64,000 bases of DNA from Camelus ferus (taxonomy: Eukaryota): assembly GCF_009834535.1 (NCBI RefSeq), contig NC_045696.1:77874001-77938000 (forward strand). Reading direction: 5' to 3'. Every line of letters starts with the position of its first letter. Position 1 is the first letter of the stretch. The notes beneath the pieces are model-generated. The model was given only the letters and a program-made list of their open reading frames with translations. It ran no database searches and had not been told where the DNA came from. Positions 13,880 through 25,934 of this stretch are shown piece by piece. A program made the position numbers and the translations under genes.

Positions 13880-14250
13880 TAGAACTATTGATGCACGTAA
13901 CAACATGTGTAAATCGTAAAAGTCTTTATGCTAAGTAAAAAAACCCCACACACTAAGGGCCACATACCGTATGATTCCATTTTTATGATATTCTGAAAGA
14001 CAAAACTATAAGGGCAAAAGTCAGATCAGTGTTTGCGAGGAACTAGAGATGAAGGGAGGAGACGGAATGCAGGGGGTATTACAGGACTTTTGGGTGGGTG
14101 ATGAAACACTGTATAGTTTGATTGTGATGGTATTTAACTGAATGCATACATTTGTCAAAATTCATAAAGCTGTACATGTAAGAAGGGAGAATTTTATTTT
14201 ATATAAACTATAACTCAATTTATCGAATAAGTGTAATTTAAATAAAAAGA
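13880..14250 (+). mobile_element. Old L1 (L1MB/MC/ME-like) 3'UTR
   Basis: aactattgatgcacgtaacaacatg...tatgattccattttatgatattctgaaa...tttgtcaaaattcataaagctgtacat. Confidence 0.8.
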
Positions 14251-16444
14251 ACACTATAGCAAAGTATCTGATGGATCAAGTACAGTGAGACGACCATCTT
14301 CCTTAAGTGGGATAGCATATTATTAATGAAGTTTGAACTGGTGTTTGCCTAAGGGCAACCTTTTCACATTTTTGGTTTTTTTCAAGCTTGTGATCCATTA
14401 AAATAGTCTATACGCATCCAGTTTAAAAAAAATGTGGTACTGTATAGTAATTCCTTAAAGATTCCACCTGACATTTAAGTCCACTACATGAACTTAGCAA
14501 GATCTTCTAGAATCCACACATTGCTATACAAGAGTACTTAATATTTCATACAGACTTTTGTCATCCACAATTTAGTCAGCATGCATTCTTTATAGAAAAT
14601 ATTGTTTCATGTAGAATTATATTTAATTTGTTTTTGTTTGATTATTTTGGGGGGGTTTGCATACGATTATATGGGACACGTCATTTAAACATGGTAACAA
14701 TCTAAATGAAATGATGAAATATAAAGACCTTAAGATTGAGAAAAATATTTTTGTGTTTGTAAGAGAAGTCACTTATGTTCTGATGTTATAATTGAATTCT
14801 TTCCTTGAAAGAAACATTTTATTCTCTCCTTTAAAAGCCACAAGTGCTGAATTATTTTAATCAAATCATACAAGTTATTGTGGGAGTTTTTCCTATCCCC
14901 CAAAATAAGGAGGTACATCTGCCATAATTGAGAAACCATGCTGTACTCTCAGATGGTTAGGTTGAGATAGAAAAATATTTTACAGTCCTCTGTTATGAGA
15001 TGTACTGAGATATTTTAAATAGCTTTATACTTAGGGACATTTCTTTAGATGTGCTATTTCTATAGGTAGACACTGCTGTAGATTTGATACTCCTTCATAG
15101 TTAATTTCTATTTACCTCTGAATTTCAATGATTACATATCTTCCTAGATTCTCAAATAGAAAAATTATAGCAAAGGAGAAAGAGAAGATGTAATTTTTAA
15201 ACTACCTCTCCCTAATTTCTGGATATTTGAGCTCATATTTTCTTCATTCTGATCACCTACTTATACAGGAATATCTTAACTTCCCAAGGGAGACAGCGCA
15301 CCTGATTTTTCTCTTCTGAGTTTTTTCCAGGCATGTAGGAAAGTCAGAGAATTCAAAGCAGTACAAAGAGCAGCAGGAACTCACGTACAGATCAGAATAT
15401 AACTTAGGGCACACACACTGGGGTTTCGCTGATCTTAGATGTACAGGTTTAACCATTTCATCTTTTATAACGTCTTCTTTATTATACTACATACGGAAAT
15501 GTCAATGAAAACTATTAAACAAGAAAACACTTCATGAAAGTCATAAAATGTTAGTTTGCATTACATTTCAATCAAGAATTATGGCTAATCCAAAGCACTG
15601 TCCATTAACTCTCTCTTTTTCTAGTTCAATGTCTGCTATACTGGAAACTGTGGGCATCGAAAAGGTCATTTTTTAACATACGCCAAAAGGGGTTGGGAGG
15701 AAACCACCCTCCAGTAGTGGCATGACTGCTTTCATTCTGAGAAGTAACACATACGGTTTTACTGAAAGTCATACAAAGAATGCAGAAGTAAAAGCATGAA
15801 CTCTACGAATAAACAGGAAGGATATTCTGAAAAATTCTTTGGAAAAGGCGAGAAGTGACTCAATTTAAAGAAATAAATAACCCTAGTGAGACATTATCAC
15901 AAACTGCATGATGTTTTTTCAAGTTACTTTGTAAGAAAATGCATTCTTTCCTTTTCCCATAAATGTTTTTTAAACAGTATTTTTTAAGTATCTTAAATTT
16001 AGTTATCACAGCAATCCAGGAATTAGACAAAGACCCTATTATGATGAAACTTAAAACGTAGTTGAAAAGATAGCAAAGGTCCCACCTTTACTCAAATCAT
16101 GAATGAAGGGGAAGAAATCCAAAAGTAATCAAGTTTACTACAACACACCAAGATCGACAAAATTGGGAATTTGAGAGCTAAATTCAACTTTTTAGAAATA
16201 AATTTACATTTTACACACATTCTCTATAAATGGATAATTCATACCTACAACTGTAGCCATAAGAGTTTCAGAACATAGGAAATTGGTTAAAGGGACGCTG
16301 ATATATAATCAGTAGTAGATCATTCCTTAAAACACTTACAGATGGCTTCATGCATTAACAAAAATTTAAATTTCAAGAAATTCCAGATTATAGAGAAAAA
16401 GGCAGTTCTGCATAATCATTTTAGTAAAAAGTGGTTCACCTTAC

Positions 16445-16564
16445 CTCAGCTACCAACTGCTGAAGAGACGGTGAAGTTACAGAGTAGAGACTCGAGTTAC
16501 CCCTTACAGGACTGTGGAGACTAACATAAGCCACAAGATTTCTCTGCAGAACCTTTTTGAAATC
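16445..16564 (-). CDS. NAALADL2: NAALADL2 internal coding exon (120 nt, phase 0-0; ~exon 9)
   Basis: Acceptor T16-aatttcAG|GAT and donor GAG|GTaagg. Translation DFKKVLQRNLVAYVSLHSPVRGNSSLYSVTSPSLQQLVAE aligns to PSMA ...[23 protein letters not shown]. Confidence 0.95.
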
Positions 16565-17604
16565 CTGAAATTAAAAAAAAAAAAAAAATCTATCTTTAGC
16601 ATATGTAAGAGATTCCACTTTATCAATTATTTGTTGAATAATAAAAACTTCCTATTTAAAATCATTACACTGCATAATACTTCTTTTTCCTTTAAAGCAA
16701 TCCCATACTATTTAATAGAGTACACGAGAGTCATAAAGGAACTTAAATAAGGGTGGTGAGGAGTTACCTATAACCTAAGACAAAATATTTTAAAGCATGT
16801 TCTGGAAAGAAGTAAACTTTTAGAAAATTGTTCTTAAATGGTGAATATAGGATGAGATTCAACTTCAGAATACAGAAGGAAATATGTGCTCTAGCTTCAG
16901 CATTTAATTTTATAGTCATTGAACCAGAGAACAGACATGGATAAGTCACTTTGGTGTTTGATAAAACCAGCCCTTTCCTTTGAAGTATTGAGCTACTTTC
17001 GTACCAAGAAGCTCTGTATTCTGAGTAAAATAGGGCATAATATAATTGTGGCCCTGCACATATTACCTGAAATAAGCCTGATGCATTTCACCCACATTAC
17101 TAGCAAAAAATGATTCAGTAGAAGAATTTTTCCACTTCTCTGCTAAACCCTGCTTCCAAAAATTGAAGACCACTGATCCCATTAGTAAGTACTACGAAGA
17201 AGTCCCTCTGTTATTTTTCTCCTATTCTTGCACATTTAGTGAGTAATTATCATGGTGGCAATCCTATAGAAATATCCTAAACTGTATTAATTCATGTCTT
17301 AGAAACATATCTTTCTTCTTCCAATACTATCAGATGAAAAGACTCCAAGAGCTTGATCACCTAGCAAATCACTAATATTATCCCTATTTTCTGTTGAAAA
17401 TTCAGCCATGTCTCTGTAAAAGAGGTGAAAAGACAATTCATTTAAAAATGAATACTTTAAATAAATAGAAATGATGAACTTCAAAGCTTAATTACTCTGC
17501 TTTACACATAATATTCCTATTAAAAATGTCTACTATGACACAAGAACTATAGAAAAACAGCTTCTATTTTCACACACACTACCACAGTGACAAAATCTAC
17601 ATGT

Positions 17605-17770
17605 CAGTCCCATCTAATTCTCAGGAGACCCTCACAACAAAGGCATTAATACACTCATTTGAGGAATCAAGTCCTGGAGAAGTTAATCCTGCCTAAGACC
17701 ACTGTGCTTTATGGCAGACAGGATTTGAACTCAGATTCCTCTGATTGTAAAATCTACCGTTTCCACAACA
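17605..17770 (-). mobile_element. MIR SINE
   Basis: Degenerate MIR core (gaggaatcaagtcctggagaagttaa...tgcctaagaccac...ggatttgaactcag). Confidence 0.65.
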
Positions 17771-20316
17771 GCTTGAAGATGAAGATTCTTCACAGAAGAA
17801 ATGATACCTTTTAAAGAACCTACTTAGTAAAATCTTTTAATTTTCCCCAAGGACCAAGATCAGTACTGAATCAAATCTCTAACAACTCTACCACTATAAA
17901 TTCCATTTGACCAGTATCATCCTCATCCTCTTAATTAGAACTCTGAGTTTCAAGGGGTTCCTATGCAAAGAAAATTAGAAAGGGCATTATGACATGTCAA
18001 CATGTGCTTTCCTTATTCATCTTCTAAATATATTAGGGAATATATTTAGAACACACATTGGTTTCAGTCTAAAAGAAAATGTTTAATCTTCAGAAGGAGT
18101 AGGTTTGATACGGGGAGACAGAACAGGAAAACTAATCATTTTCTAAATCCCTCCTCAACAAGATTGTTACAGAAAGGCTCCATGAACTGTAATAAAATAA
18201 TCTGATATAGCAATTTACAGGAGTACATTTTATAAACTAATAATCAAATCCATATACTAGTCAACATTTTCTTTACTCACATATTTTTGCTCAACTAGTC
18301 ATGGAAAAAGCCAAGAAGTAACTGAATGTATTATTAGTTTCAAATATGCATAAACACATAAATACTCTACAACAGAGTCCCCTAACCTTTTTGAACAGAA
18401 AGAGCTTTATCTAACAAACATTTTTCCCATGGACTCCCACATTACAGTAGTTGTATTTATGGTATCTCTTGATTGAGAAACCATAAATTATCAAAAGGTA
18501 CAACAGACTCAGTAAATCACAAAATATTTTATTAACTACAAAAATATTTGCTTAATTTGAAAATATAATTGATCACATATATGCAAGGCCACAACTCTGA
18601 TTCAACTTACAGGTTACAAGGCATGATGCTCAAACAAGTTTAAGGACTATTTGCATTACACTTTCCCATGCATAGGAGTTAGGGTGTTCAGGAATTTAAG
18701 TTAGAACTCCTAATGTTACACAAGTCTATCGAGAACACAGCTTAGATTTAAATATACATGCTAATTTAGAGTAAGCATAAACTGATTATGAAAGTTACTA
18801 GACAGATATGGAGGTTTATGAGATAGTAAAATAAATGTTTGGAAAGAATCTTTGAGACATTTTCTTAAAATGTGCCTTATTGTTACAAGAAAACTAAAAC
18901 ATGGTTTTCTTTATGATAAAATTTCTGAATTACTAAAATCAGCCCAGATCACAAATATACTCCCCAAACTGTTTTTTAAATTGTTTATATTCTTAAAGTA
19001 AGTAGTTTGGAATAGAAGTTTGGGAGATTGGTTGAGCTATTACATTTTCCATCTCACTAAAAATTTATCAATTATAATAGGTTTTTCCAGCAATGGAATT
19101 TCTTTATTTGAATTAGTTCTTTTGAGTAATGGAACAAACTTTCATGCCACTATTTGAATGTGGAAAAGCATTTCAATTTGCAATGTGTGAATCTTGATAA
19201 ACTTTGCAACTGTAATATTTTTCTCATTTTGAAGACTTCTTTCCTTCAAATTAAAAACACACTTGCTATTTTCTTTTATATACCTTTTGGATTTTTATTG
19301 AGAGCCAATAGACATCTTTTTTTTTTTTTGAGTGATTAAATGAAAAAAGAATTTCCCATTAGATACTTGGTCTTTTTTTTCTCCCTCTGAAGCTGAGGTA
19401 TTGAACAAACTAGAATATCAAACAGTTTCATCTTCCTAACTAAACTTGTGTTGTTTTCTTCCTACATATCTGCAACAAAATTCTTTTTAAAAAATCATAA
19501 AAGTAAATAGTCTAAGAGTTTTATGGTGTTTTTATTGTGGTTAATATGACATCAATCCAAAATTGTCATATTCCATTAAAACACAGTGCATTTGTGAGAC
19601 CCAGACATATCAGAAGCATTTGAAACTTAATTATTCCAGTTGTATTCTAACTGTGACCCACTGCATGCAAGATTTCACTTGAACAAAGGCTTCCTAAGTT
19701 AGGTAGGTAGGCAGGCAGGTAAGGAGACTCAGGTAGAGCTGTAAGTGGGAAAGAAGGAGCAGGGAGGTAGGGGTGTAAGAATAGAGGAAGAAAGGACTGA
19801 AGGGAAGGAGAACAGAAGGCAGAAAGGAAAGAAACTACTGTTTTGAGTCCAATCTCTGTACCGGATAGGTGAGATATAAGGCTAAGTTAATCAATATTTA
19901 ATGTGCAAGATTGTTTCCTAATTCCAGAAAATTGCTAGAAAGTTAAAAAAAAAAAAAAAGGTAATAGCATGTATCACTTGATCCTTTCTTGTCCAGGCAC
20001 TATCAAGCCAAGGAGAAACACAATAACCAGGTAAACACCACTGTAGGTATATGGCAGCTCCGGTAGCTACAAGAATAAGGTAGTTGCAGACCATGCACAG
20101 TTCACTGTAGTCTAATTCTCTATCATTCTTAGAGGTGATCTCAGCAAATTAGCACACAAGACACCCTGGCTGAGATACACATTCTTGCTCATGGCTTAAT
20201 CAATTTTACTTTGTCTACTTTCGTCCAGAGAGAGAGAGAGAAAGAGAGTGAGCAAGCACGTGCGAGGGTGAGCGCGCAGCTACGAAAGTGAAGCACGGTG
20301 ATGCAGGTACATTTAC

Positions 20317-20522
20317 CTCTCCCCACTCATATGAGCCAGTATTTCCAAAAGCTGTTCCTCCCCATGAACAGAAAACAATAGTGCGGTCTGGTCTCCACCC
20401 TCTCTTAACTCTTAACATCAAGGCCCGGATAAAAGCTGTGATTATGGCAGTGCTACTGGCCCATTCTTGGCTGTTAAAACTGTATGCGGTGTGATGGTGG
20501 CTGCCAACTATGATATAACGGT
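20317..20522 (-). CDS. NAALADL2: NAALADL2 internal coding exon (206 nt, phase 1-0; ~exon 8), peptidase M28-like domain
   Basis: Acceptor ttccttctatttccAG|AC and donor GAG|GTaaat. Translation (D)RYIIVGSHHHTAYSFNSQEWASSTAIITAFIRALMLRVKRGWRPDRTIVFCSWGGTAFGNTGSYEWGE lies within ORF 20215..20589 and has the GCPII-family GWRP.RTI.F.SW motif. Confidence 0.97.
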
Positions 20523-21369
20523 CTGGAAATAGAAGGAAACAAGAGCCATTAAAACAAAATGTAAACCTTGACAATAAATTTAATGACATTTACATAATCC
20601 TGTTGCACAACTGAGCAACAATTATGCAAAATTGTTCTAATAATTAAGACTACTTTAACATTTTTCACCACTGTCTCGATTCACACATCTGTGTATATCA
20701 AAGCAGAGGCAGCTGCTGAACTCAATTATGAATCCAAAGCTTAGATCCATATTGCTGTCCTTTGCAACATGCATATTAATTAATGAAGTATACAAATATG
20801 CCACAATGAAACCTTTATCTAACATTTTCCCAGAATCATAGTGGGAAGTGCCCTGTAAACAATGTGTATGTGCTCAGTAAATATTAATGAACTATTAATA
20901 CATTTGAGGGAGCAGTTACTCAGTGGCTGTAAATATTAAAAATGTGGTAGTCACGTATGGAGTTTGCAATGAATGAAGTATTTAGGGAATTAGTTTCTGC
21001 TTCCAACTTATAGTTGTAACCCCTCTCCTTTTTCCTGAGGGAAAAAAAAAATCATCATCAAAAGTTATCCAACTACTGTAAACATTTCTTTCTCACATAC
21101 TGTATTTTATGTAATCTTACAAAATCGATTAGATACACTATTAGAAAGATCTCCGTGACACATGGATGGGTTCAGTATAATGTACATGACAGACTCTTGT
21201 CAATAATAAGGGAGACTAAAAGTCAATCTCCAGAGTTTCCTCTGATTTTGTTGTCAGTGAATGTTGTTGGAACACAGCTAAATTTACTTGACCCAGTAAC
21301 CCTCTACATCTCTGTAAAAAGATTTCTTCATTAAGTGTTGTTTCATTAGGAGATGTCCCATTGCTTGAT

Positions 21370-22140
21370 AGTGAAGTGTGCAGAGTTTTAAGCCCTCCTG
21401 CTTGGGTTTGGATCCAGGCTACTCAACTTACTAGTTGTGGTGTTAGGCAGTTAGATAAGTGGGGGCACTGGGCAGATAAGGTGGAGGAGAGGGAGGATGG
21501 TCTGGAAGATGGTAATATGCCAACTTTCAGCATTAGGGGCTTTACTTCCACTATATGAGTGCCAGCAAGAAAACTGGTTAGAATCCAACAGCCATGACTG
21601 CAGGGTGGCGACAGGACCTCATCAGACATGACCCAGTGCTCATTGTAATAAAATTAGCATTGCACTTTAGTCACCCCCAACCCCGTGGGCTTTACTGTGT
21701 GCATCATGGGTAAGGACATGTGCAAAAGGGGACGGGCATGACTAAGCACTCCAGGAGCAAGAGCTGTGAATCAATTAAGAGACTGCCTCTAAGCGAGGGT
21801 ATGAGTAGGGACCAACAAAGACCACTGCTATCCACTCTTGGACCAGCCTGCCTTCTGCTCTTGAAGGTGCATTTTCACTTTGCTAATAAAATCTTTCGAT
21901 CTTTCACTACACAACACTTGGTCTCCTGCCTGAATTCTTCTCTTTTGGGCAAGACAAGAACCCTTTTAGGGTAACAGTTGTATGACCTTGGAAAGCTTAT
22001 TTAAGCTCTCTATGCTTTAACTTCAACCACAAAATGGGAATAAAAATAGTACTTACAACATTCAGTTTTTCTGAGTTTTAAGTGAGTTACTAGTAAAGCA
22101 CTTTGAACGGTGCCTGACACATAACAAGTACTACACATGT
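21370..22140 (+). mobile_element. MIR SINE split by a solo LTR (arms ~21370-21440 and ~21977-22140)
   Basis: The left arm ends ggatccaggctactcaacttactagttg and the right arm resumes tgtatgaccttggaaagcttatttaagctctct...aaaatgggaataaaaatagtac. These are consecutive in the MIR consensus. Confidence 0.8.
21441..21976 (+). mobile_element. ERV solo LTR, 536 bp
   Basis: Terminal inverted repeat TGTTA...TAACA, AATAAA at 21885-21890, U5-like end gcaagacaagaaccc, imperfect 4-bp TSD (GTGG/GTTG). Confidence 0.8.
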
Positions 22141-23731
22141 GTAGAATAAATCAATCACCCCTTGACTTCATCAAAAAGATACTTTATGGGAAGCATCACC
22201 ATGTGAAACTATCTTAGTTTTCCACACTGATACTGGAACCAACAATGAATTTCATTTGTCAACAACTTATTAAAATTTAATTAGTGGAATACACAGTGTG
22301 CCTGTGATGTTGAACTGATTCACTCATCTCCCAGAAGTGTGAAAGTTCTGTTTGGAACTGTCTGTATTCTAGATAAATCATATCTAAAAACCTTAATACT
22401 AATTGATGATTGTTTCTAATTTTCAGAGTCATTAAATAGGAAACTCATGTGAATGAACAGCCAGTATTTTTGAGAAGAACTCAAATAAACGCAATTAAGA
22501 AGCTTTATATTATTATACACTGAAGAATACTACTAGTAAATTGATTTTAAAAATTTGTGGTTTTCTACATTGAATTTTAATAAGGAAAGCTATTGTATCC
22601 CAAAGCTGGTAAAATTTTGTACAATTTGGTCTTTCAGAAATAACTAGCAAAGGCAGCAATGATGATAAACACTCCCAGTGTTTCAATTAGAGAGCCTCAT
22701 GATGGAAATTTGTTGAAATGGCTGAAAGGCAACAGTAACAATTTCCAAATTCATTTGTATCTTGTACTTAAAGACACTATGATCACAGGCTGTTCAACAC
22801 TGCTACTGTGAGGAAATCAGAGAGAACATGCCCATAAATTTTTTAAGAGCTGGCTGGCAGGAAACTTGGCAGGGATGTAAAACTTGATCTCAAAATTTCC
22901 TAGGCTAGCACTTATGGAGTCAGTTTGACCAAAGTCATGGAAAAGAATACTTCTCCTCCAAGGAAAACTTGAGTAAATATTCCAACCAAATCAATCGAAG
23001 TGGCACAAATGCACTAAAAAACTGTTTCTTTCTACTAAGTATAACAAACCACATCAGTGCTATGCCATTCAACCTCACAATGTATTCAGAAGTGTTGTGT
23101 TAATCTCTTAGTTACTGTTTGTCAGTTATTTTCACTTTTTTAGCCTATATAATACCATATGGAGAGTCCATAAGAATACCATAACAAGGTGTACAATTAT
23201 TTAAAGGGTATCCAGGTGATCTGTTTCATAAGCACCTTCAAAACCTAAAGCTACCCAAACAGGCAGAATTATTGGTAGACCAAGGGTCAGAGATAGGATG
23301 CACTAACACTGAAAGATTAGAACTGAAAACCAAAATTTTTTATTTTCTAAAAACACATCACTAAAATTAAAATTTTTTCAACATCTTTTCTTGATAAAAA
23401 TAAAATCTTCAATGGTGTTACAGTGAATAAAAGAAAAACATTGGTTCTGTAGCTTTGTTTCACAGGTACATGCCAGTTTAACACATTTATCCTGTTTTCT
23501 CTGTTTTGCTTTTTCCCCCTACTCTCTTCACTATGATTTATTTTTGAAGAAATATGGTAAGAAAGAGAATAAAGATCTGTTTCTTGGTTTCATATTGACA
23601 TACCTCAGAGTGGTATAAATTTGTAGTTACATCTAAAGTAGGACATTTATCTATGCTATTAAATTGTTACAGAGCATTTTCTTGCGATGTTTCATATAAA
23701 GTATAGATTATAAACACTTGGCTCTACTTAC

Positions 23732-23824
23732 CTGGAGAAGTCAAGCCCTTTAAATATCCAACAACATTAGTAATTGTTTTGAATTCTGTGACTGTCTGAA
23801 TTTGCATGTTGACAATTCTTTTTT
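23732..23824 (-). CDS. NAALADL2: NAALADL2 internal coding exon (93 nt, phase 1-1; ~exon 7)
   Basis: Acceptor T-tract+gcAG|AAAAAAGA and donor CCAG|GTaagt. Translation (E)KRIVNMQIQTVTEFKTITNVVGYLKGLTSP(D) contains the M28/TfR-like 'NVVG..G...PDRY' strand. Not in the ORF track. Confidence 0.95.
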
Positions 23825-24865
23825 CTGCAAAAAAAAAGTTTTTAAAGATACTTATTTCTCAATATTCTGCTGTTGGGTTTTTTTTTTCTTAAAACATTCA
23901 AAGTTATTTATCTAATATCACTGGACGAAGAATTCCAAACAACTGAATTGTACTAGATAAATGAGGCTATACTTTCTTGACAAGTATGTATTCAAAACTT
24001 TCTGTGGACACTTTTTTAGATGCTTGTTACACAGTGATAACTAAGATACAATTGCTGGCCTCACAGAACTGCAGAGCCTTAAACAGGCAATTCTAAACTT
24101 CACATTAAGAACTGCAGTGGAGTTCAACATGAAAGCTCACAGAACAAGACCTCATGGAGATGTGGGCAATTCATATGTTAAAAATAGAAAAAAAATCAGA
24201 TAAAACTATTTCCAAAAAACTTTAAGTCCTTTTAGAGCATCAGAAAAATTACATGTGAAGGTAATTTCACCCTTTCTGTATGACTCATTATTGCACCATC
24301 ACTTTGAGAACTGTAAAGCATTACACAAACTAAAGTTACAGGTATTTTCAAATACTGGAGGTTTCATTTCCACCTGTGTTTGTAAGTCTCTCATTCTCTT
24401 CTAAGTTTCTGCTGATCGCCCTGCCTCTTTGACTTCTTCTGTTCATGCTTAATATTCAAAAAATTTGACAACAAACAAGGCAAAGACACCAATCAGAAGG
24501 GACGCCAGTCACAGCCCGAAGTGGTCATTGAAGGTCTTTGGTGATGACATGTGTTAATCCTGTATTTGATGGACCCTGGGAAGTCTGCGGGGGAAGGGTG
24601 GTTTCTCCAGGGTAGGTTCAAGGGCAGCCAGGTGGTACTGTTGGGGAGAGGCTGGCAATCAGAAAACAGCTAATGCTAAGTAGACAGGCTATGCCTTCAC
24701 ATGTACTTCTCACTGCTAGGTGAAAACCGTTATTACAAGTAAGTTGCTTCTTTCCTCGAATGTACCCTACTAACAATTTAAATATAAAATCAGTACATCA
24801 GCGTACTATAACAGAGTACATCTGTTAAAATTATAACTAAACCAAGAATAAAGGGGCCCTAAGAG

Positions 24866-24938
24866 CAGTATGCTGTACACCAAAAGTTGACACATTGTAA
24901 ACTGACTATACTTCAATAAAAATACATACACTAAAAAA
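24866..24938 (+). mobile_element. 73-bp L1 3' tail with ~15-bp TSD
   Basis: tatgctgtacacc...acattgtaaactgactatacttcAATAAAA plus an A-tail, flanked by aaggggccctaagag (24851-24865) and aagaggccctcagag (24939-24953). Confidence 0.85.
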
Positions 24939-25054
24939 AAGAGGCCCTCAGAGAACGCCTGAGCACTTCGCATAGGTGGAAAGGAAATCTGCTTAGAGCT
25001 TGAGTACTGTGGTTCTAATTTAGGTGCTATGCATTTTTGCTTATGTGTTTTCAA

Positions 25055-25440
25055 TTAATATACTTCATTTTTAGAGAGTTTCAGAATATAGAGAAACTGA
25101 ACAGAAAGTACAGCTCCCAAGTACCCTCTCTCCCTTCAATTAACAACATCTTGCATTAGTGTGATCAACATCTGTTACTATTTATGAGCCAATATTAATA
25201 CAGTATTATTATCTAAAGGTCATAATTTACATTAGGGTTCACTTTCTTTGTTGTACTCAGACATACACATAGTGGCACTACCATCGCAGTGTCACACAGA
25301 ATAGTTTCATGGCCCTAAAAATCTCCTGGCCTGTCCCTGTTTATTATTTCCTACATTCTTTCCTCTTGAGCCCCTGGCAACCACTGATCTTTCGTCTCTA
25401 CAGTTTTGCCTTCTCCAGAATGCCATGTAGTTAGACTCAC
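25055..25440 (-). mobile_element. Old L1 (L1MB/MC-like) 3'UTR
   Basis: gagaaactgaacagaaagtacag...tttacattagggttcactttc...cccctggcaaccactgatcttt. Confidence 0.8.
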
Positions 25441-25934
25441 TTTTTTTAATGTTTAATTCCCTATTCCACATTTGTTCCAAATAGTCCAGATAAGTGAACT
25501 TTAGATAAGAGAGTCATAACCTCATAGTTTTTGTTTTTAATCTTTTCATCTTATTGTTGAGTTAAATATGGCTGAAGAATCTTCTTTGGTGTCCTAAAAT
25601 TTATTATTAATTTTTTCCCGAAATTCAGCAGTGAGAATACCTTACAGTGTATATAAATATACAACATACTGCTTGAAATGTTACCTTAAGTTAATATAGT
25701 GCCTTACAATTTATAACAGCCATTTGCACACAGATATGCCAATTCTCATTGGATCGCACAGATTTTTGGTTTCCACAGTTATACTTTGGTTTCCATTTTT
25801 GAAACCACAGGTGGCACAGGTTCTATTACCTTATTTATTATAATGAATCACATAGGGACAGAACTGTGACTCAAATCAGGTTTTTATATAGATTTCATTT
25901 TCATCTGAACAATAAAGTGTCTCTCACTCTAAGC

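Noticed and set aside
20215..20589. 124-aa ORF as a stand-alone gene
   Set aside because: Only 20317-20522 is homologous and bounded by splice sites; the flanks are intronic read-through.
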